Below, in pieces: positions 54,441-60,955 of a DNA stretch of 60,955 nucleotides; within the stretch, counting starts at the first letter, position 1; each line of letters opens with the position of its first letter. The notes under the pieces are model-generated. The model worked only from the letters and a program-made list of their open reading frames with translations, did not search any database and was not told the origin of the DNA. This DNA comes from a virus (Duplodnaviria > Caudoviricetes). The stretch is taken from IMG/VR virus record IMGVR_UViG_3300042465_004842, positions 1-60,955 of that record, one strand, 5' to 3'. The position numbers and the translations under genes were made by a program.

Positions 54441-55271
54441 ATGGCAAGTACATACAGCAATCTAAAAATCGAACTGATCACTACGGGTGAGCAGGCGGGT
54501 ACGTGGGGAGCCACTACAAACACTAATCTGGGGACGGCGCTTGAAGAAGCGATCACAGGTACTGTGGATGTATCGTTTTCCAGTGCCGATGTCACACTAA
54601 CGCTTACCGATACTAACGCGACACAAACTGCCCGTAATCTGCGTTTAAACCTAACAGGTACGTCTGGCGGTGCAAGGAACTTAATCGTTCCAGCAATCGA
54701 AAAGTTATACATTGTAAATAACGGTTTGGCAGATGCGGTAACTGTTAAGAACTCGACAGGCACAGGCATAGCGGTTCCGGCAGGCAAAACAATGCTTGTC
54801 TTTAATAACGCAACAAACGTCGTCGATGTAACAACCTATTTATCCTCTTTAACCCTAGGTACTGCCCTGCCTGTAGCTTCTGGTGGTAGCGGTGCAGCGA
54901 CACTAACAGGGGTGTTAAAGGGCAACGGCACATCAGCCTTTACCGCAGCTACTGCTGGTACTGACTTTGTTGCTCCCGGTGGTGCGTTAGGCACTCCAAG
55001 CTCAGGCACATTAACCAATACAACTGGCTTACCACTTACTACTGGCGTAACGGGTACGTTGCCAATAGCTAATGGCGGCACGAACGCAACAGCGGCTCCT
55101 ACGGCGGGTGGTGTGCCTTATGGAACTGGTACTGCATATGCGTTTACTGCTGCTGGTACTGCGGGTTATGTATTAACAAGTAACGGTGCAAGCGCACCCA
55201 CATGGGCTGCGGCATCAGGCGGCATCACCACAGGTAAATCCATCGCTATGGCGATGATCTTCGGATTCTAA
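54441..55271 (+). CDS. Tail fibre protein
   Basis: MASTYS.LKIEL..TGEQAGTWG.TTNTNL; LPVASGG/LPIANGGT repeats; ends AMAMIFGF. Confidence 0.75.
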   Translation: MASTYSNLKIELITTGEQAGTWGATTNTNLGTALEEAITGTVDVSFSSADVTLTLTDTNATQTARNLRLNLTGTSGGARNLIVPAIEKLYIVNNGLADAVTVKNSTGTGIAVPAGKTMLVFNNATNVVDVTTYLSSLTLGTALPVASGGSGAATLTGVLKGNGTSAFTAATAGTDFVAPGGALGTPSSGTLTNTTGLPLTTGVTGTLPIANGGTNATAAPTAGGVPYGTGTAYAFTAAGTAGYVLTSNGASAPTWAAASGGITTGKSIAMAMIFGF

Positions 55272-55283
55272 GGAGTTATTTAA

Positions 55284-55682
55284 ATGGCAAACCCAAATAT
55301 TGTTAACGTAACTACCATTTATGGTAAGACTACGTACCTCACCCCATCCGGTACTTCTGCGGTGGTTCTGTTACCTAACGCTGCTTCGTCTGGCAAGGTC
55401 TTAAAGATCAATCAGATTGTTGCGGCTAACGTGAACGGTTCCGCTGCTGTAGATACTACGGTGTCTATTTACTCAAACGGCGCGGTTGCTCAAGGCTCTG
55501 CACCATCGGGCGGTACTGCGTATCCAATCGTAAGTACAGTCTCTGTACCTGCGGATGCTTCGTTAATCGTTACGGATAAAACCACTGCGATTTACTTAGA
55601 AGAAGGCAACAGCATTTCTGTAACTTCTGGTACAGCTAGTGGGATTACCTACTCAATAAGCTACGAAGACATATCGTCTTAA
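55284..55682 (+). CDS. Tail fibre-associated protein
   Basis: MANPNIVNVTTIYGKT...YLEEG...SYEDIS. Confidence 0.7.
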   Translation: MANPNIVNVTTIYGKTTYLTPSGTSAVVLLPNAASSGKVLKINQIVAANVNGSAAVDTTVSIYSNGAVAQGSAPSGGTAYPIVSTVSVPADASLIVTDKTTAIYLEEGNSISVTSGTASGITYSISYEDISS

Positions 55683-55694
55683 TAAGGGGTTGCT

Positions 55695-57338
55695 ATGGCA
55701 ATTCATGGTTATCCCGGTCAGATAATAAGTGCCAACGCGCCTATACCGTTTGGCTCAGGCATCTGGACGCTTTCAACGCTTAGAGGCTACTCCACTGTAG
55801 TTCAGATATTTAATGCGACATCTACGTGGGTATGTCCACAAGGTGTTACGTCTGTAGAGTATCTGGTTGTTGCTGGTGGTGGAGGTGCTAGTCTTGGTGG
55901 TGGCGGTGCAGGTGGATTTCGCACAGGTACAGGTTTATCCGTTATACCCGGAACTTCATATACGATTACGATTGGTAATGGTGGTGCAGGAGGAACATGT
56001 AGTGATACAGCTACCCCTGCCTCAGTTTCTGGAGGAAATTCTTCAATTGGCGCACCCGCTTCTATTACATCGGCTGGTGGTGGTAATGGTGAATCAGTTA
56101 ACAGACGTTTCTTAGCAGGTAGTGGTGGTTCTGGAGGTGGGGGAGGTGCAGAATATGTATTTCTCAACCTTGGGGGCGCAGGAAATACTCCAGCAACCAC
56201 ACCAAGTCAAGGAAATAATGGCGGCAGCAACGGAGGGCCAAGTTTTCAAAATACTCCCGGCCCATATCCATCTGGAGGTGGCGGGGGTGCCGGAGCAAAA
56301 GGTTCAGATGTTACAGTGCTAGCCGTTTCCGGTAGTGGTGGCGTTGGATTAGCATCGGCACTTAGTGGTGTTGGTTCGTATTACGCTGGTGGTGGCGGTG
56401 GCGCTGGGTTTTTTGGCGGTACGGCTGGAAGCGGTGGTTTAGGTGGTGGGGGTAATGGTCAGCAAAGTGCAAATGGTACGGCTGGCACAGCCAACACAGG
56501 CGGTGGCGGAGGTGGTAGTTCTGACACTCGAACTGGCGGCAATGGCGGTTCAGGCATAGTCATCCTTAGATACAAACAGCCCGGAGTTACTGTAGTTACG
56601 TTTAACAGTACGACTACCTACACAATGCCGACTAATGTTGCTTATGCTGACTACCTAGTAGTTGCTGGTGGCGGTGGTGGAGCTGCTTATGGTGCTGGTG
56701 GTGCGGGTGGATTTAGGACAGGAACTGGATTTTCTGTAACTGGAGGCGGCTCGTACACCATTACTGTTGGTAGCGGCGGAACTGCTGGCAACGAATCAAC
56801 TCGCGGAACTTCTGGCGGTAACTCAACATTTAGCACTATTACATCCAATGGAGGTGGTGGTGGAGGTTCTAATAGCGGAACAACCGCTGGTATAAATGGT
56901 GGTTCTGGTGGCGGAGGTTCTACTGGTGGAGCTGGTGGGTCAGGTAACACTCCATCAACTCCTGTGTCTCAGGGAAATAATGGTGGTACAGGTGGGCCGG
57001 GGCCAAATAACAGTGGCGCAGGAGGCGGAGGAGCTGGAACTTCTGGCACTAATGGCGGTTCTAATATTGGCGGCGCAGGCGGAATTGGGTCTGCATCTGC
57101 TGTTAGTGGCGTTAGTATTACTTATGCAGGAGGCGGTGGTGGAGGCTGTAGTTCTGGTTCACCATCAATTTTTGGAGCTGGTGGTGCTGGCGGCGGAGGC
57201 AATGGTAGTAATAGTACAGTTGCAGCGCAAAACGGAGTTGCAAACACTGGTGGTGGTGGCGGTGGTGGTGGTTTCCCAAGCAATCAAACCGGCGGTACAG
57301 GCGGTTCCGGTGTTGTTATCCTAAGACTATATTCATAA
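55695..57338 (+). CDS. Glycine-rich fibre / receptor-binding protein 1 (two tandem Gly-rich domains)
   Basis: Two YLVVAGGG...GGSG(I/V)VILR units. Confidence 0.75.
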   Translation: MAIHGYPGQIISANAPIPFGSGIWTLSTLRGYSTVVQIFNATSTWVCPQGVTSVEYLVVAGGGGASLGGGGAGGFRTGTGLSVIPGTSYTITIGNGGAGGTCSDTATPASVSGGNSSIGAPASITSAGGGNGESVNRRFLAGSGGSGGGGGAEYVFLNLGGAGNTPATTPSQGNNGGSNGGPSFQNTPGPYPSGGGGGAGAKGSDVTVLAVSGSGGVGLASALSGVGSYYAGGGGGAGFFGGTAGSGGLGGGGNGQQSANGTAGTANTGGGGGGSSDTRTGGNGGSGIVILRYKQPGVTVVTFNSTTTYTMPTNVAYADYLVVAGGGGGAAYGAGGAGGFRTGTGFSVTGGGSYTITVGSGGTAGNESTRGTSGGNSTFSTITSNGGGGGGSNSGTTAGINGGSGGGGSTGGAGGSGNTPSTPVSQGNNGGTGGPGPNNSGAGGGGAGTSGTNGGSNIGGAGGIGSASAVSGVSITYAGGGGGGCSSGSPSIFGAGGAGGGGNGSNSTVAAQNGVANTGGGGGGGGFPSNQTGGTGGSGVVILRLYS

Positions 57339-57346
57339 GGTGAACG

Positions 57347-59008
57347 ATGAGTAATTATCCCGGTCGGATCATCACAAAGAATCCGGTAACAATATCAACC
57401 ACGCAAGCGTCAGGTATCTGGACGCTGCAACAGGCGCTGCAAGCTATTCGTTCAGGCGTGTGGCCCGGTATCGGACAAACTATTGTCCAAAGTTTTACTG
57501 GTTCTACTACGTGGACTGCACCTGCTGGTGTTACGCAGGTGGATTATCTGGTAGTTGCTGGTGGAGGTGGGTCAGGCGGTGATACGGCAGGTGGCGGAGG
57601 TGCTGGTGGTTTTCTTACTGGTACGGCTTTAACTGTTGTTCCGGGTACTACTTATGCTGTAACTGTTGGCGCTGGCGGCGCTGGTGGAACAGCAAGCCCT
57701 TTAATAATTGGTTCTAACGGCGGGATTTCGAATTTTAGTTCCATAGTATCTGCTGGCGGTGGTGGTGGTGGTGGCTTTCAGATTAATGGGGCTAATGGCG
57801 GCTCTGGCGGTGGCGGTGGTGGAACCCCAACAAGCACTACTGGTGGTAGTGGTAACACTCCAGCTACTACTCCAAGTCAAGGTAGTAATGGTGGTACTGG
57901 TACTGCTGGTTCTGGTGGTACTGGCGGTGGCGGTGGTGGAGCTAGTGCAACTGGTGGTAATGCTGACGGCACTGCTGCTGGGAATGGCGGTAATGGAACT
58001 GCTTCTACACTATCTGGTTCCTCTGTACCTTATGCGGGGGGCGGTGGCGGCGGTCAAAGAAATAATGCAACTCCTGCTACTGGTGGCACAGGTGGTGGCG
58101 GCGCTGGTAGTAATAGCGGAAGTACGGGTTCTACGGCTGGCACTGCAAATACTGGTGGTGGGGCTGGCGGCGGCAGCGGTGGGTCAGTAAATGGCGCAGC
58201 GGGCGGCAGCGGTATAGTCATCATCAGATACGTAGCCCCTACTACTGGCATTTTTGTTTTTAATAGCACCTATACTTTTACCATGCCGCCTAATGTAACT
58301 ACCGTAGATTATTTGGTAGTTGCTGGCGGGGGTGGTGGGGCCAAAGGGGGCGGCGGAGGTGGCGCTGGTGGGTTTAGAACCGGTACTAGTTTAGCCGTTA
58401 CCGCAGGAGCTTCGTACACAATTACTGTAGGTGCTGGTGGCGCTGGTGGCACAAGTACGTCCGTAAACGCACCTTCTGGCTCAAATTCAATATTTAGCAC
58501 AATCACTTCTAATGGTGGCGGTGGAGGTATGGGTGACGGTGTATCAAGACCCGCAGGCGGATCATCTGGCGGTTCTGGCGGAGGCGGCGCATGGGGTGGA
58601 ACTGGCGGAGCTGGTAACACACCATCAACATCTCCAAGTCAGGGATCTGATGGTGGCGCTGGCGCTCCTACTAATGCCGGAACGCACGGATCAGGTGGTG
58701 GTGGTGGCGCAGGTGCTGTTGGAAGTGCTGGGACTACAAGTCTTGGCGGTAATGGAGGCAATGGAACGGCTTCATCAATTACAGGATCATCGGTAACATA
58801 CGCTGGCGGAGGTGGTGGTCAGTCTTTTACTGCCCCTGCTGGAACCGGTGGGTCAGGTGGCGGTGGTAATGGCAACATCAATGGTTTGGTTGCCTATGAC
58901 GGAACTACTAACACAGGCGGTGGAGGCGGAGGTGGTGGCGGTGGTAGTGGCTATGGTAACGGCGGTAATGGTGGCTCAGGCATTGTTATTCTTAAACTAA
59001 ACAACTAA
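57347..59008 (+). CDS. Glycine-rich fibre / receptor-binding protein 2 (two tandem Gly-rich domains)
   Basis: Paralog of the preceding gene; shared YPG.II..SGIWTL N-terminus. Confidence 0.75.
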   Translation: MSNYPGRIITKNPVTISTTQASGIWTLQQALQAIRSGVWPGIGQTIVQSFTGSTTWTAPAGVTQVDYLVVAGGGGSGGDTAGGGGAGGFLTGTALTVVPGTTYAVTVGAGGAGGTASPLIIGSNGGISNFSSIVSAGGGGGGGFQINGANGGSGGGGGGTPTSTTGGSGNTPATTPSQGSNGGTGTAGSGGTGGGGGGASATGGNADGTAAGNGGNGTASTLSGSSVPYAGGGGGGQRNNATPATGGTGGGGAGSNSGSTGSTAGTANTGGGAGGGSGGSVNGAAGGSGIVIIRYVAPTTGIFVFNSTYTFTMPPNVTTVDYLVVAGGGGGAKGGGGGGAGGFRTGTSLAVTAGASYTITVGAGGAGGTSTSVNAPSGSNSIFSTITSNGGGGGMGDGVSRPAGGSSGGSGGGGAWGGTGGAGNTPSTSPSQGSDGGAGAPTNAGTHGSGGGGGAGAVGSAGTTSLGGNGGNGTASSITGSSVTYAGGGGGQSFTAPAGTGGSGGGGNGNINGLVAYDGTTNTGGGGGGGGGGSGYGNGGNGGSGIVILKLNN

Positions 59009-59014
59009 AAATTT

Positions 59015-59266
59015 ATGGACAAAATTTATCAACTCTACGGTATCGATACAGCTATGCACCTACTGCGCCCCGGCGCTAAGTGGGAGATCAGCAACACCAT
59101 GTTTACACGCTGGGAAGACCCCCGCCCGTGTCCAACTATGGAAGAAGTGTTAGAGACGATGGAGAAGATAAAAGCTTTTGAGGACAGCATCAACACGATT
59201 TGGACTCAAGAGCAGATAGACAAAATGCGTGGACAGCAAGAGATGTACGACAGGGCGGTTGCATGA
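59015..59266 (+). CDS. Small fibre-associated (XkdW-like) protein
   Basis: AMHLLRPGAKW...W.DPRP.PT.EE. Confidence 0.55.
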   Translation: MDKIYQLYGIDTAMHLLRPGAKWEISNTMFTRWEDPRPCPTMEEVLETMEKIKAFEDSINTIWTQEQIDKMRGQQEMYDRAVA

Positions 59267-59871
59267 ACATAACTAACCTATTCCCCACAGCGGTAGGTTT
59301 TTCCAAGCTCGGGCGTGATCTTACTGCCCGTGAGCTGGAGTTCATCATTGGTCAGGTGCGTTATCCCAATGAAGGCAACACCACCAGCGAAAACAGAAAG
59401 CTGCTGAAGTCTGTTGAGATGACAGAGATTCGTGAGTTTATAGAAGACGCAATGCTGGAGTATTTTAAATCCGTGTATGCGCCTAAGAATGACGTAACAC
59501 CGTACATAACGCAGTCGTGGTCTAACTACACAGAGCCGGGTCAATATCACCACAAACACGCTCACCCTAACAGCATTATCTCTGGTGTGTTCTACCCGCA
59601 GGCGAACAAAGAAACAGACAGAATTTATTTCTACAAAGATGGTTACGAGCGCATCAAGATTCCAACAGAAAACTGGAACCATTGGAATAGTGAGAGCTGG
59701 TGGTTTGATGTTGGTGCAGGGGATTTGATTATCTTTCCATCAAACTTGACGCACATGGTTCAGACCAAGCAGGGCGATGGGACTCGTATCAGTATTTCGT
59801 TTAACACCTTTGTTAAAGGTTACATAGGGTCAGATGAAAGTCTGACTGGCTTACATTTAGGAGAAGAGTAA
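59263..59871 (+). CDS. Putative 2OG-Fe(II) oxygenase (TIGR02466-like)
   Basis: LFPT, QSW.N, HxH (HKHAHPNS..SGVFY), GDLIIFPS.L.H.V, RISISFN; start 59263 (ATGA). Confidence 0.85.
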   Translation: MNITNLFPTAVGFSKLGRDLTARELEFIIGQVRYPNEGNTTSENRKLLKSVEMTEIREFIEDAMLEYFKSVYAPKNDVTPYITQSWSNYTEPGQYHHKHAHPNSIISGVFYPQANKETDRIYFYKDGYERIKIPTENWNHWNSESWWFDVGAGDLIIFPSNLTHMVQTKQGDGTRISISFNTFVKGYIGSDESLTGLHLGEE

Positions 59872-60239
59872 TGGCACATTTTGCCCAGCTTGATTCAAAC
59901 AACGTAGTTATTCAAGTCATCGTAGTCGATAACAAAGACACGGCTGATGCTTACGGTGTTGAGAAAGAACATATCGGTGCTGCGTTCTGCGAGCGCGTAC
60001 TTGGCGGCAATTGGAAACAGACCAGCTACAACGGCAACAAGCGTAAGAACTACGCTGGTATCGGTTACAAGTACCACGCAGATATAGATGCGTTTGCTGC
60101 GCCTCAACCATATCCAAGCTGGACGCTAGACGCTGATGCTAAGTGGCAACCCCCAGTAGCAATGCCAACAGACGGTACAATGGAAAGCCCTTACACATGG
60201 GATGAGGCTACTACATCTTGGATCCGCTCACCCTCCTAG
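59871..60239 (+). CDS. Fibre-associated phage protein
   Basis: MAHFAQLD.NNVV..VIVV...WKQTSYN...RKNYAGIG...PQPYPSW. Confidence 0.75.
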   Translation: MAHFAQLDSNNVVIQVIVVDNKDTADAYGVEKEHIGAAFCERVLGGNWKQTSYNGNKRKNYAGIGYKYHADIDAFAAPQPYPSWTLDADAKWQPPVAMPTDGTMESPYTWDEATTSWIRSPS

Positions 60240-60829
60240 CCGCAGCAAAAACCGCAGCCGCTGCAATACGCAAAGGCTGTGAAATGTATCAGGAGTACAA
60301 AGCGCAAGGGATGGAGCTAGTCGATGCGTACGGACAAGCCAAGGATGTCGTTGCAGATTTATCTGGGCACCTTGGCAATTTCTTTAAGGCGCACGAAACG
60401 CTTGAGAAGCATGTCCACGAAGAAGAGTTAAAGACGAAGAAGGCGCGTGACCCTGAGCTATCTGTAAATCAGGAAGCGTTCAACAGGATACTGGCTCAGA
60501 AAGAAATGATTCGGATGGAAACCGAGTTGCGCGAAATGATGGTGTACCAAGCGCCCAAGGAGTTAGGTGCGATCTGGTCTGAGTTTGAAGTAATGCGCGA
60601 CAGGATTAAAGAGGAACGTGCTGAAGTCCAGCGTCAGGAGTTATATAAGCAGCAGGTGGCTCAATGGCGACGGGCAAGTATAAAAAGAAAAATCGCGGAA
60701 CAGATGACGTCAATACTCGCGGTCGTGTTCATAATATTGTGGTTCCTATGGGTGATGATTCTGATAAGAACGAGCCAAACATACCGTGGAGCTTACTCAT
60801 TACCGTCCTTGTTTTGTGTATTGTGTTAG
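60218..60829 (+). CDS. Coiled-coil protein with C-terminal TM segment
   Basis: MDPLT start (TTG codon); TM 'ILAVVFIILWFLWVMILI'. Confidence 0.7.
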   Translation: MDPLTLLAAAKTAAAAIRKGCEMYQEYKAQGMELVDAYGQAKDVVADLSGHLGNFFKAHETLEKHVHEEELKTKKARDPELSVNQEAFNRILAQKEMIRMETELREMMVYQAPKELGAIWSEFEVMRDRIKEERAEVQRQELYKQQVAQWRRASIKRKIAEQMTSILAVVFIILWFLWVMILIRTSQTYRGAYSLPSLFCVLC

Positions 60830-60955
60830 TCCTAGTGTTGCCGGTTATGGGGGTCGCTTACATGGACATGAACAACGCTACTGCTAGGGCGATGGAAGAA
60901 ACAAGGAAGATGCGTGAATTACGCGCCAAGATACTACTAGAATTGCAGGGGGAAT
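60664..60955 (+). CDS. Membrane protein spanning the circular junction (stop at 127-129); start 60664 or 60748
   Basis: Open frame ...PWSLLITVLVLCIVLVLVLPVMGVAY...LELQGE*, whose stop overlaps the holin ATG. Confidence 0.6.
   Translation, partial: MATGKYKKKNRGTDDVNTRGRVHNIVVPMGDDSDKNEPNIPWSLLITVLVLCIVLVLVLPVMGVAYMDMNNATARAMEETRKMRELRAKILLELQGE
60829..60955. repeat. Terminal direct repeat, copy 2 (circular assembly overlap)
   Basis: Identical to 1..127. Confidence 0.95.

Noticed and set aside
55695-59008. Diversity-generating retroelement target/template pair
   Set aside because: No reverse transcriptase is present, and differences between repeats are not adenine-specific; this looks like ordinary paralogy.

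Overview
Apparently complete, circularly permuted genome (~60,828 bp after removing a 127-bp terminal overlap) of a tailed dsDNA phage. It looks podovirus-like, resembling uncultured aquatic phages, and its host is probably a proteobacterium. The modules are: lysis (holin, inserted GIY-YIG nuclease, GH24 lysozyme); tail hub and four large internal/ejection proteins; replication (exonuclease, SNF2 helicase, SSB-like protein, primase, UvrD helicase, PolA of the L762 type); a leftward array of about 25 tiny ORFs built from shared peptide motifs; an origin-like nested inverted repeat; TerS and a resolvase-like nuclease; an array of self-contained promoter-hairpin-RBS-gene cassettes; TerL; a 1361-aa SLT/PcfJ-like multi-module protein; portal, GroES, scaffold and capsid; and neck, tail and glycine-rich fibre genes next to a 2OG-Fe(II) oxygenase. 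I saw no integrase, canonical tRNA, CRISPR array or reverse transcriptase. The most interesting unexplained signals are: (i) a hydrophobic-[A/K/R]-x-G-G peptide tag recurring about 15 times in six otherwise unrelated late-region proteins; (ii) a doubly pseudoknotted leader RNA after the capsid gene; (iii) loop-E-type structured RNAs in replication intergenic regions; (iv) repeat-bounded early gene cassettes and (A)CTTGA(CA)+perfect-palindrome elements; (v) a near-perfect host-type parS site. All family names are from motif recognition by eye, not from database searches.
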